64,000 nt of DNA from the IMG/VR virus record IMGVR_UViG_3300024259_000011. One strand, given 5' to 3'. The position numbers were made by a program, and so were the translations under genes. The first letter of the stretch is position 1; every line of letters begins with the position of its first letter. This stretch comes from a virus (taxonomy: Duplodnaviria > Caudoviricetes). This document shows positions 54,330 to 62,959 of the stretch, piece after piece. The notes beneath the pieces are model-generated. The model was not told where the DNA came from. It ran no database searches and saw only the letters and a list, made by a program, of their open reading frames with translations.

Positions 54330-54359
54330 CGCTCATAAATAGTGGAGAACTATAAGAAT

Positions 54360-54653
54360 TTAACTTTTGCTAAGTAGCACCAAGTCCTCATGTTGCTCGC
54401 GTCTCATGCCGACCCCTCCAGTCCACCAGACCTTATATATAAAGTTGTATGGCATCCAGAGTTCAGGATCAATCAATTGTTCGTGTTGAAACACACGGGT
54501 AATGATACCCACCATATAGGGCTTCATTCCTATGGCATAATACGCAGAACCCTTACCAGCCTTAGGGATAGGTGTGCTTATCTCGTAACTGAAGAATAAA
54601 CTTTCGTGTAGTCGCACAAGGTCGCCAACACTGTATAGGTTCTCTGGAAGCAC
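54360..54653 (-). CDS. Small KVGD-type beta-barrel protein
   Basis: YSVGDLVRL...GIIT...YKVWW...EDLVLLS. Confidence 0.65.
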   Translation of the reverse strand: MLPENLYSVGDLVRLHESLFFSYEISTPIPKAGKGSAYYAIGMKPYMVGIITRVFQHEQLIDPELWMPYNFIYKVWWTGGVGMRREQHEDLVLLSKS

Positions 54654-54660
54654 ATATTAA

Positions 54661-55011
54661 CTAGTCGGCTTCAGGAACAGTGCCAGCAATATGCATACTC
54701 TTATACGCACGCGAGTCGTCAGCGGCATACATCCCTTCGGCACTACCGGTCATTCTAAGCTGCAAGTAACGGTATAGCCGGCGGACAAATGGCCATGAGT
54801 CAGCTTCATCCTCGAACTCCCATATTAACGCAACGCTCGCCTCGGTCTTACTCTCATTAAGGTAGTTCATCTCTGTGCCCACCTTCTTTATCTTATACCT
54901 GTTATGGATTTTCTTCCGCTCGACAAACTTATCCGCTAGTTCTCTAATCTTTTCTACGTCCTCGGTATTGCCGGCATACTGTAGCGTATGTCTGGTAGCA
55001 TTATTCTCCAC
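54661..55011 (-). CDS. Hypothetical protein
   Basis: 116-aa ORF with AAGGAG RBS. Confidence 0.6.
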   Translation of the reverse strand: MENNATRHTLQYAGNTEDVEKIRELADKFVERKKIHNRYKIKKVGTEMNYLNESKTEASVALIWEFEDEADSWPFVRRLYRYLQLRMTGSAEGMYAADDSRAYKSMHIAGTVPEAD

Positions 55012-55141
55012 GGTCCACTCCTTCTATGATTACATTATACTCCACTAGGTCTCCGGTTTTAACTTTAAATATCATGTTTTGTATTTTGGGATTTTTTCTT
55101 AGCGATCACACGAACGTACTTAGTTTTCGATAGCAGCCTAG

Positions 55142-55227
55142 CCCATATGGTACATAGATCCCGGCATATGGGGGGGTAGGGGGGAGGGGGTACGTGCTGT
55201 CACATATATCATGTTACAAATGTTACA
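55142..55227. repeat. Inverted repeat, G-runs and TGT(C/T)ACA repeats
   Basis: CCCATATG (55142) / CATATGGG (55165); G7-TA-G6-A-G5 at 55170-55190; TGTCACA/TGTTACA at 55198, 55212 and 55221. Confidence 0.75.
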
Positions 55228-55288
55228 CTTTAATAATACACACGGGTGCAGTGACTGTCTACCCCTTCTCTATTAAGTAGTTACAACC

Positions 55289-55477
55289 TTACTTATCCCT
55301 AGGTCTACTACCCGCTCTACTGTTATACATTAATACATTGATGTACACTGCACCTAGTAGCAATAGGTAGGTAGCGCATAAGGGAGGTACAAGCAGGACT
55401 TTCGCTGGGTGCTTCCTTATGTATCTTACTCTCTCCTTTATACTCTCTAACAATATATTTTCTTTATCCTCCGACAT
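55289..55477 (-). CDS. Small membrane protein (62 aa)
   Basis: MSEDKEN... after GAGGGG; one hydrophobic segment. Confidence 0.45.
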   Translation of the reverse strand: MSEDKENILLESIKERVRYIRKHPAKVLLVPPLCATYLLLLGAVYINVLMYNSRAGSRPRDK

Positions 55478-55877
55478 ATTTGTATCACCCCTCGATAACG
55501 CAGGTTGTAGCTGGCATATGCTGTCACACTTGTCACACTTAAATGTTTCATACCCTCGGCACAAATGTATACACTCGCCGTATCAAAAGATATACGGACA
55601 TAAACTGACTTGACAGCAGTACCGGACATATTCTGACCTTGACAAGATTATCACTTGACAAGCAGAACGTGTACCCCCTACATACTCACGCTAAATAACC
55701 TAGGTTCTTCCTCCTTTAATAGAGACGTATCAAAATGTATACGCACTTAGCTATCTGATCCACTGTGAACCACTACAACCCATTATGCACCATAACGTAT
55801 GAACATCATACAATCAACGTTGCTAGCAATACGATAGCTGATATAGCTACCAACTGGTATACAGTTATCATTATCTA

Positions 55878-56219
55878 TTACCTCCCAATATACTCTAGTC
55901 GTACGTTAGGTATCTCTATACGTTTGAACCTTCTAAGCATATTCATAGCATGTGGTTCACACGCTGGAAGTGTTAGGTGCTTCTCTTCAAAGTTTATTGT
56001 TTTATCACCCTCGTCATACTTTGCATGCACACGCACAACAGAATGAGTAGGCTTGCGCTGACACTGACCAGCGGTACACTTACGATAGCTCCGTGGCTTC
56101 CTAGGTTTACGGGCTTTCTTTTTCTTCTTAGCCTCGCGTGCTAGTTGCTTAGCGAACGCTTCTGCTTCCTTAGCACACAAGGTATCGTCAATCTCTTTTA
56201 TTTCTTCATCTTCAAACAT
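55878..56219 (-). CDS. Hypothetical basic protein with possible zinc site
   Basis: C..GQC and C..H motifs; Lys/Arg-rich linker. Confidence 0.55.
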   Translation of the reverse strand: MFEDEEIKEIDDTLCAKEAEAFAKQLAREAKKKKKARKPRKPRSYRKCTAGQCQRKPTHSVVRVHAKYDEGDKTINFEEKHLTLPACEPHAMNMLRRFKRIEIPNVRLEYIGR

Positions 56220-56472
56220 TTTTATCTCCATAGCCAAACAATAGATCTGCCCGACTCTCAGACAGCGCAACCTTAATAATATTAGGACACGTTACCTCAT
56301 GGCTACCGGGAACGATAGCAACGAGAAACCAGTTAGACGGTAGCTTACGCGCAATCTGCGTAAACGCCGGTCCTGTATCATGCGGTGCTGATACAACCTT
56401 ACTAACTACATTCATACCTTCGCTGCCATGCTCAAACGCAACAGCGGTCCATGCTTTCTCACTCATTACCAT
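56212..56472 (-). CDS. Hypothetical protein
   Basis: 86-aa ORF with GGAG RBS. Confidence 0.6.
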   Translation of the reverse strand: MVMSEKAWTAVAFEHGSEGMNVVSKVVSAPHDTGPAFTQIARKLPSNWFLVAIVPGSHEVTCPNIIKVALSESRADLLFGYGDKNV

Positions 56473-56586
56473 TTACTCCATACAAATAGTATACTTACGG
56501 AGAGGACTAAACCAGCCGTCCCCATCCACTGATATGATAGGAAGATGCTAGAACACGCGATAATACTTGTCGCGAGCCTCTTTTTG

Positions 56587-56874
56587 TCACTCTGTATCAT
56601 CTTCTTCCTTCTCCCTTCTCATATCAAAATCAAACAATCGTACATTATCTTTCGGTCCCTCGCCATTATAGTACCAATCGTATACCTCATGGAGAAACCC
56701 TATCGACTTGAAGAAAACGTACCTTGAAAGCCCACTATTTTCCTTTACAGTCAACATCATTTCCACGATCTCCTCCCACATGCCCTCATGGTAGTACTCG
56801 CGGATCGCTTCCACGATCATATCGCCTAGCTGGTTATCAGTCGGCTCGGGCATATCGCTCCAAGGCTCTGACAC
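56587..56874 (-). CDS. Hypothetical acidic protein
   Basis: 95-aa ORF coupled to the upstream gene. Confidence 0.6.
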   Translation of the reverse strand: MSEPWSDMPEPTDNQLGDMIVEAIREYYHEGMWEEIVEMMLTVKENSGLSRYVFFKSIGFLHEVYDWYYNGEGPKDNVRLFDFDMRREKEEDDTE

Positions 56875-57674
56875 TAGCTCACACCTCGGTGCTTTTTGAT
56901 GTGGCGCTCCTCGACCAGTACCGGACGCATAGCGCCGATGGGCAGAACCTTATACTTTCGGTTGCCGCGACACGCACTAGAGATCACCTCATCCGTTGTG
57001 ATGACCAAGCCGCCACGCTTTAGTTGCCCCTTTGTGCGACCATCGCAACCAGCAGCGGGCAGCACCGTTGTACCAATCGGATACTTGGCATCTGCTGCGT
57101 AGCCAGCCAGTACTTTGCTAGCATACTTGTTAGCCGTGATACTTTTGTATTGCTTTGCAGTCGGCACGAAACTCTGATCATTAATAATGCGATCTGCGAG
57201 ATCACGATAATAACCGGTTGTCCAATAGTAGCGAGCGCAGCGCACAGCGATCAGGCGCTTGGCTTCATCATACTCGCCAGCCCATGCGCGAGCCAACTTT
57301 ACAGACTCCTCGCTGTATCGTTCGCTGATCTTATTAAGTATATCGTTCTGCTTTGCTGAAAGCACGCGACCAGAATCGTTCTGCTCTGAAACACTATTGA
57401 TGAACGTACGATCCCATGAGCCCTCAGGCGCTCTGCTAGCTAACTGCGCTAGCTGTACGCTTAGCCCCTTGTCTGATAGCTCGTCACCGCGAGCCTCTAG
57501 TTGCGCTACTCGCTCTTTGACAATGAAAAAGTGGTGCTTACGTCCACTAGTCATCGCCTTGCCACTGCTCCAATGCCGATACAAAGACTCGATGAACGTG
57601 CGATCACGTCCAATCAGTCGCTTGCTGGCGACAAGGTTGCTAAATTCGATCTTCCAATTGGTTCGCTTGCTCAT
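56874..57674 (-). CDS. Hypothetical protein with C-terminal beta-barrel-like segment
   Basis: 266-aa ORF with GGGAG RBS; first gene after promoter-like element 57718-57747. Confidence 0.75.
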   Translation of the reverse strand: MSKRTNWKIEFSNLVASKRLIGRDRTFIESLYRHWSSGKAMTSGRKHHFFIVKERVAQLEARGDELSDKGLSVQLAQLASRAPEGSWDRTFINSVSEQNDSGRVLSAKQNDILNKISERYSEESVKLARAWAGEYDEAKRLIAVRCARYYWTTGYYRDLADRIINDQSFVPTAKQYKSITANKYASKVLAGYAADAKYPIGTTVLPAAGCDGRTKGQLKRGGLVITTDEVISSACRGNRKYKVLPIGAMRPVLVEERHIKKHRGVS

Positions 57675-57717
57675 GTAAGGTTCTCCCGGCGGGCTATCCG
57701 CTCTAACTCTCTATGAG

Positions 57718-57747
57718 TTAGACGTTGGGACAGCCAATTTTATTCAA
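57718..57747 (-). promoter_or_regulatory. TTGAAT-N17-CGTCTAA promoter-like element, copy 1
   Basis: Conserved boxes at fixed spacing. Confidence 0.7.
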
Positions 57748-57766
57748 TGAAAAGTGGAAATATCTG

Positions 57767-57842
57767 AAAAAAAGTGCGGGTCCAAGGGCGGCGCTGCGTT
57801 GGATTTAGAGAGAGAGCGCAGCATATGCGACCCTCGACCCGC
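57767..57842 (-). terminator. Long hairpin with U7 tail; probable intrinsic terminator and possible sRNA
   Basis: GCGGGTC/GACCCGC, AGGG/CCCT and GCTGCG/CGCAGC stems followed by ACTTTTTTT on the minus strand. Confidence 0.65.
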
Positions 57843-57861
57843 GTGAAGTGGTTGGGCTCCC

Positions 57862-58128
57862 TTAGGAGCCCTTGACGGACCACAGATCGTGCTTCTGTGA
57901 GTCTGTCTGTGGTGTGCGCTCGGCAGTACCGAAACGCGGTCCAGCTTTCTTGCTCAGTGCCTCGACCAACGGATCGAGCGAGCCAAGTGCTGACAGTCGC
58001 GCATGCACGTCCATCACAAAAGGTACATCATCGTTCCGCGTCACTGTGTCCCACAGCGCGATGGCTGCATCTGGGTCACTGGCTAGCAGGTCAGCGATGA
58101 CCTTTGAATAGTTTTCTGCTACTGACAT
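57862..58128 (-). CDS. Hypothetical protein
   Basis: 88-aa ORF with AAGGAG RBS. Confidence 0.7.
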   Translation of the reverse strand: MSVAENYSKVIADLLASDPDAAIALWDTVTRNDDVPFVMDVHARLSALGSLDPLVEALSKKAGPRFGTAERTPQTDSQKHDLWSVKGS

Positions 58129-58187
58129 TTTATATGTCTCCTTTGAAAGTTTAATGATTCTAGGGGGTTACCGCTAGGGCAGAGCAT

Positions 58188-59285
58188 TTAGCTCTGCGAC
58201 CCAGCAAGAACCTCCACGATGAATGAGGTAACAAGGGTTCCATCACTGGCAGTTGACTGGTGCAACTTGACACAGTTCTGAACCTCGTTGCCCTCAGCAC
58301 CGGCGACGGTCCACAGCTTCATAGCAACCTCGGAAGGAAGGCTAATAAAGTAATCAGCAAGGTTCTGGATCTGCTCGGCAGTCAGTTCTTCCTTGAAGAT
58401 CTCAAGTGCTTCCATCTTTTCGACAAGCGCACTGTGATCGTTGATGCCAAAGTCCTTGGTACGGTCAATCTGACCGTCATCAATGATGTTCTCAACAGTC
58501 ACTTGAGCCTCATAAGTCTTGATAAAGTCTTGAAGCGCAACAGCAGCCTCAAACCCAACGAACGCGGTCGCAAGGTTAAAGATTGTGCCAGCATCCTGCT
58601 TGATGGACTCCTCGGCAAGCAGACCCGCACTAGACAGGCACTCGCTGAGACGATCCCATGAGCGACGAGAAGGGTAAACCTTGTTTGGCTCAAACTCGCC
58701 TTGATGCTCAAGGTGGTTACGGTTGGTGTTAATAAAGTCCCAAACCAGACCATCAACATTGTCCTTGCCCCAAGCAAGCCAATCTTCAGTAGTAGGCTCG
58801 ACATCGAACACGGTCCAGCGGTCAAGCTCAGCCGGGTCCATTTCGCCAACTTGGTATTGAGCGCCATGCTCTCCACCGTTGACAGCAGCGAAGATCAGAG
58901 TCTCCGGGTGCAAGGTCCAGCCCGCAATCTTGCGGCTATCGGTAAGCTCAAAGATCCCTTGACGGACCTCCATCGTCGCACGATCAACCTCGTCCAAGAA
59001 CAGGACAACAGGCTCGGTGCATGCTTGAATCAGCCAGCTAAACGGGCGAAACTGCGAACAGCCAACACCGTTGACCTCCGCGAGTTCTGCGGAAGGCATA
59101 CCGAGAAGGTCACCTTCTGTCATCTGAGAAGCACGACGCTCCACAACAGGCAGACCGGCAGCACCGGCAAATTGGTAAACCACTTGTGACTTGCCGACAC
59201 CGTGACGACCGCGCAGAAGCACAGGCTTACGGACGCGGGTGACGTGGGGAACGACGCTTTGGAAGGTCTTAAAATCTACAGGCAT
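58188..59285 (-). CDS. MoxR-like AAA+ ATPase
   Basis: GRHGVGKS Walker A, LFLDEVDRA Walker B, AAVN, MDPAELDRW and PSRRSW. Confidence 0.9.
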   Translation of the reverse strand: MPVDFKTFQSVVPHVTRVRKPVLLRGRHGVGKSQVVYQFAGAAGLPVVERRASQMTEGDLLGMPSAELAEVNGVGCSQFRPFSWLIQACTEPVVLFLDEVDRATMEVRQGIFELTDSRKIAGWTLHPETLIFAAVNGGEHGAQYQVGEMDPAELDRWTVFDVEPTTEDWLAWGKDNVDGLVWDFINTNRNHLEHQGEFEPNKVYPSRRSWDRLSECLSSAGLLAEESIKQDAGTIFNLATAFVGFEAAVALQDFIKTYEAQVTVENIIDDGQIDRTKDFGINDHSALVEKMEALEIFKEELTAEQIQNLADYFISLPSEVAMKLWTVAGAEGNEVQNCVKLHQSTASDGTLVTSFIVEVLAGSQS

Positions 59286-59349
59286 TTTTCTCTCTCTCTT
59301 TTTGGGTGGGCATCCCTGCCCGGTTGTTCTCTCTAACTAACTACATTAG

Positions 59350-59379
59350 TTAGACGTATTCGGAACCAGTTTTATTCAA
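59350..59379 (-). promoter_or_regulatory. TTGAAT-N17-CGTCTAA element, copy 2
   Basis: Conserved boxes. Confidence 0.7.
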
Positions 59380-59443
59380 TCTTTTTTGATCTTTTCTGAA
59401 ATAAAGTCGGTTTTCATGCCGTTCTCTCTCTTTGGTACATCTA

Positions 59444-59473
59444 TTAGACGTATGGGGCGCTGGTTTTATTCAA
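59444..59473 (-). promoter_or_regulatory. TTGAAT-N17-CGTCTAA element, copy 3 (tandem with copy 2)
   Basis: Conserved boxes; followed by an AAAGAGAGAG leader and a 13-codon ORF (59376-59417). Confidence 0.7.
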
Positions 59474-59508
59474 TCTTTCTTAAAGAAAGTTGATCTTTTT
59501 TCTCATGC

Positions 59509-59781
59509 TCAGCCCGGTCGATCCAGCAGATGACCGCGCTCACGGAGTTCTAGAAGGTTAATAATCGACAGTGCAGCCTCGGTCAATCGCCATTCATCGA
59601 GCCAGCCTCCGGGTCCGAAAGCATCCGGCTCACCTGCACAGTGACGCTCGACTAGCCCTGATAGCACAAGGTAGTCCACAGCTTCACGGGTATGCTCGGT
59701 GAGATCCGGCAAACAAGTCCATTCGGGTCGGATGGTGTCTAGCACAATTCGCTCATGGGTAGTTAGGTCAAAGTTATTCAT
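59509..59781 (-). CDS. Hypothetical protein, possible winged-helix
   Basis: EAVDYLVLSGLVE...WRLT pattern. Confidence 0.55.
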   Translation of the reverse strand: MNNFDLTTHERIVLDTIRPEWTCLPDLTEHTREAVDYLVLSGLVERHCAGEPDAFGPGGWLDEWRLTEAALSIINLLELRERGHLLDRPG

Positions 59782-59785
59782 TGTC

Positions 59786-59986
59786 TTACCAGTTTACCGG
59801 GTCGTTGCCGCACTCGGTTTCAATCGTTGGGCTAGCTGTACCCTTCATCATTCGCTCAGCCTTGGCTTCGGATGCTTCCAGTCGGTCTAGCGCATTGTTC
59901 AGTTTGTTAAGGATCTCGCGATCTCGCTGTGGGTGGAGTAGGCTCAAGACCTTGGAGATCTCAATCTTTGAAAGGTTAATATTCAT
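59786..59986 (-). CDS. Hypothetical protein
   Basis: Start at MNINLS after AAGGGAAG. Confidence 0.55.
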   Translation of the reverse strand: MNINLSKIEISKVLSLLHPQRDREILNKLNNALDRLEASEAKAERMMKGTASPTIETECGNDPVNW

Positions 59987-59993
59987 GCTTCCC

Positions 59994-61217
59994 TTAGTCA
60001 TCAATGGCGATGATACGTTCGTTGGTTTGAAAATATGGACGCTTCGCGTAATAAGCAGTGGTCATCCACATGCGCTGCGCGTTGCAGTTCTTAGGCTTCG
60101 GAGCCATCAGGTCCGTGAGGACGATCATGCCATCATAGCCATTCTTGTTGCAGTGGTCGGTTGGCGGGTTGAAATCTGTACCTCCGCACATCACACGCTC
60201 CCACTTACGACGCTCGCCCTTCTTCCAGACGAAAACCTTATCCTCGGCAACGTCGGTATCGAATGGAACCACGGTAAACTCGGCAAGCTGCGCTAGCTTC
60301 TCCAACTCGGTGAAGAACGCAGCAAGCATGCCATCATCCACAGAACCGGACTGATCAATATAGATGCCGATGCGGGCAATACGGTTGACCTTCTTGCCGG
60401 GGTGAATGTAGCGGTAACGCTTGTTCAGACGCTTGACGGTCGATGACCGGTTAGCGCGCTGAGTAGTCTTGACAAAGTAACGGAGTACTTTCTTCCAATC
60501 GACCTTTGGAGTGATACGCTCCATGATCTCTTGGCGAGTTTGGCGAGACACCGAACCCCAAGAGTTTGCGCGGCTGGCTTCCTCGGCAGCGTTCTTCACG
60601 GCGTTCTTCAGTCGCTCTTTGGCGATCTCGTTCAGGGTGTTGTCACTCTGACCCTCGCCCCAACCGGAGTGATCATCAAAGCTGTCCATGTTTCCACGTC
60701 CACCGTTGCCTTGACCATCGCCAGAGCCGTCGCCGTCACCCTCGCCGCCTTCGCCACCGTCGCCTTCCTCAGATTCCTGCTCCTCTTTGTTTTCTTCCTT
60801 CTTCAAGGTGTTGTAGTACCACTCGGCAGACTTGCCAAGGGGCAGATCAGCGAACGGACCTTGACCGGGCATACAGCACATATCGGGCAACTCGCCAATA
60901 AGGTGCGAGTTGATGGCAAGGTCGGTGGCGATGTTCCACAGCTTAGACATGCCACCTTCGGGAAGGCGACCGGTCACATGCTCAAAAACAAGGTGGTAAA
61001 ACTCATGCTTGAGGACACCCAGCTTTTCCTTGTCAGTCAGAGTCTCAAAAAACTCAGGGTTGTAGAGCATGACAAAGTGACCAGTATCCTTGTCAACCTT
61101 GACGCCAGCAGTAGGGAGTGCAGTGGACGAACGCTTGTCAATCCGGCGCGAAAGCGCGGCAAAGAAGGGCTCATCCATCAGAAGGCGGGCAGTGTGCTTG
61201 TTTAGGTCAAAGTTCAT
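59994..61217 (-). CDS. Metallopeptidase-like (HExxH) plus VWA domain protein (DUF2201-like), MoxR partner
   Basis: LKHEFYHL, WNIATDLAIN, acidic Gly linker, IDQSGSV MIDAS, GGTDF and VLTD. Confidence 0.88.
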   Translation of the reverse strand: MNFDLNKHTARLLMDEPFFAALSRRIDKRSSTALPTAGVKVDKDTGHFVMLYNPEFFETLTDKEKLGVLKHEFYHLVFEHVTGRLPEGGMSKLWNIATDLAINSHLIGELPDMCCMPGQGPFADLPLGKSAEWYYNTLKKEENKEEQESEEGDGGEGGEGDGDGSGDGQGNGGRGNMDSFDDHSGWGEGQSDNTLNEIAKERLKNAVKNAAEEASRANSWGSVSRQTRQEIMERITPKVDWKKVLRYFVKTTQRANRSSTVKRLNKRYRYIHPGKKVNRIARIGIYIDQSGSVDDGMLAAFFTELEKLAQLAEFTVVPFDTDVAEDKVFVWKKGERRKWERVMCGGTDFNPPTDHCNKNGYDGMIVLTDLMAPKPKNCNAQRMWMTTAYYAKRPYFQTNERIIAIDD

Positions 61218-61243
61218 AGTTCTCTCTCTCTTTGGTACATATA

Positions 61244-61272
61244 TTAGACGGCTGGGCTTCGGTTTTATTCAA
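61244..61272 (-). promoter_or_regulatory. TTGAAT-N16-CGTCTAA element, copy 4
   Basis: Conserved boxes with a spacer one base shorter. Confidence 0.7.
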
Positions 61273-61344
61273 TGAAAAGTGATCTTTTTTTCACTTTTCT
61301 TCAAATATCCTTAATAACTAGGTTCAAAGCCGGGAATGGGGCGA

Positions 61345-62061
61345 TTACTCGCCCGATGCAGCGTCAATATCTCTCCAGTAGTAGTAGTCTCTCGACTCGC
61401 CCTTCTTAAAGGGGCTGTGGCTCAATTCGGAAGCCTTCAGGTCAAGACTCTGTTCCTCCCAATCACCGGGCAGACTTTGATTGATCTGGTCAACAGTCAC
61501 CGGAGCCACAACCGAATAGCCATTATATGTAGACTCATCCTGCTCATCGATCTGCATGCTAGTCGGACGCTGCGCCGGGTTCAATGGTCGCAGTCTCGCC
61601 TTCACGCACTTATCTTTCGGGTGAACGAATCGGCACTCGATAGATTCAACCAGATACATAGACTTATCGCCGTATGATGTTCTTTCAACCATCGCGCCGA
61701 TGCCGATGCCTTGCTCAATCATCATAGACCGTGCAGCAGCGCGAGTCTCAGCGGTTAGCACCGCGTAAGTTGTAATATCGCTAGCAAGTGTAGTACACTT
61801 GCGGCGGTTGTGACCGGATTCCTTGCAGTAGGAACACTTGCGACCCCACGATTCATTCCGGCGTGTACGTTTCGCGCCAGTCTCAGGGTTCACACCCGTC
61901 ATCCTAGCAACCTGCCTTGCATAGTATTCGACATGCGCGCCTTCTTGCTTAGCGCTTTCAAGGCGCTTCTGCGCACGCTCCAGCTTGACCGGGCATGTGC
62001 GCGAGTTGTGTCCTTCGTTGTAGCAGTAGCCGCATCTGATTGTTCCGTTGTAATTTCCCAT
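61345..62061 (-). CDS. Protein with two CCHC zinc knuckles
   Basis: CGYCYNEGHNSRTC and CSYCKESGHNRRKC. Confidence 0.8.
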   Translation of the reverse strand: MGNYNGTIRCGYCYNEGHNSRTCPVKLERAQKRLESAKQEGAHVEYYARQVARMTGVNPETGAKRTRRNESWGRKCSYCKESGHNRRKCTTLASDITTYAVLTAETRAAARSMMIEQGIGIGAMVERTSYGDKSMYLVESIECRFVHPKDKCVKARLRPLNPAQRPTSMQIDEQDESTYNGYSVVAPVTVDQINQSLPGDWEEQSLDLKASELSHSPFKKGESRDYYYWRDIDAASGE

Positions 62062-62094
62062 TTAGTTTACCTCTCTCTTTGCTTGGTACATCTA

Positions 62095-62124
62095 TTAGAC
62101 GTGTCGGGGGCTGGTTTTATTCAA
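62095..62124 (-). promoter_or_regulatory. TTGAAT-N17-CGTCTAA element, copy 5
   Basis: Conserved boxes. Confidence 0.7.
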
Positions 62125-62211
62125 TCTTTTTGAAAGAAAAGTGATCTTTTTTTCGATCTCTCTCAACCCGATCCCCTACTGACTCTTCGATTATACCACA
62201 GGTTAATAATA

Positions 62212-62490
62212 TTACCGGACAGAAAATGTCCGACCTGCAAGCTCCCCTGAAAAGGCAGGTTCAACCTCGATTTCTTCAAGGGGCAACCAGCCTTGCCAGC
62301 TTTCACGCCCACCTTTGCCGTTGCTAGCGCGGCGCGTTTGCGCTTCCAGCCTCAACGCAGGGCGATGACCCATGCAAAGCACGGAGTTGCGAGCATCACA
62401 GACGCGGAACAGCGGTCCATGCTCGCGGATACGGTTCTTCGTGCGGCTGCACGCTTTGTCGTTCCACTTTAGTTTAATAAAATCAGCCAC
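62212..62490 (-). CDS. Hypothetical protein
   Basis: 92-aa ORF coupled to the upstream gene. Confidence 0.65.
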   Translation of the reverse strand: MADFIKLKWNDKACSRTKNRIREHGPLFRVCDARNSVLCMGHRPALRLEAQTRRASNGKGGRESWQGWLPLEEIEVEPAFSGELAGRTFSVR

Positions 62491-62707
62491 TTACGACCTC
62501 CAAATCATGCGCCAGCATCCTGCGGGTTGCTCTACCAGATGTGCGACCGATGAATTTAACGGTGTGAATGGAGAACTGCCCGTTGGCGGGGCAATCCTCG
62601 TCGATCAGGTCTGGCGAGGTTTCTTCAACCTTAATGATCAGAGCCATCGAGCCCTTGGGAACGCCAATCATGGCGCGACTTGTGCAGATTAAATCACCTA
62701 CTTTCAT
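62483..62707 (-). CDS. Small KVGD-type beta-barrel protein
   Basis: MKVGDLIC...ALII...VKF...DLEVVS. Confidence 0.7.
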   Translation of the reverse strand: MKVGDLICTSRAMIGVPKGSMALIIKVEETSPDLIDEDCPANGQFSIHTVKFIGRTSGRATRRMLAHDLEVVSG

Positions 62708-62861
62708 TTACCAACTCCATAAAGCCGCTACACTCCACAATGGGCTTGCTCCTGTTGTTCCACAGCACCCACACATCACCAGATTTAGCCCATCGCTTTA
62801 TGCAAGGCGCAGTAACAATGCCCAATATACCTTTGTGTCTTACTAAATCACCGACCTTCAT
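62694..62861 (-). CDS. Small KVGD-type beta-barrel protein (55 aa)
   Basis: Hand-translated MKVGDLVRHKGILGIVT...VWVLW...MELVNESR. Confidence 0.7.
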   Translation of the reverse strand: MKVGDLVRHKGILGIVTAPCIKRWAKSGDVWVLWNNRSKPIVECSGFMELVNESR

Positions 62862-62932
62862 GCTGATAGCTCCGCGACAAGACCAAGTAGACCGATGGTC
62901 GTTGAAATAATCATAAAAGTAGCAATAGTCAT
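62858..62932 (-). CDS. 24-aa hydrophobic peptide MTIATFMIISTTIGLLGLVAELSA
   Basis: First ORF after element copy 6; ATGA overlap with the next gene. Confidence 0.55.
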   Translation of the reverse strand: MTIATFMIISTTIGLLGLVAELSA

Positions 62933-62959
62933 AGTTTCCCTCTCTTTGTTGCTTACTTA

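Noticed and set aside
55750-55871. Chain of coupled micro-ORFs (21, 8 and 10 codons)
   Set aside because: Only the first (MITVYQLVAISAIVLLATLIV, GGAGG RBS) is plausible; the others are too short to distinguish from chance.
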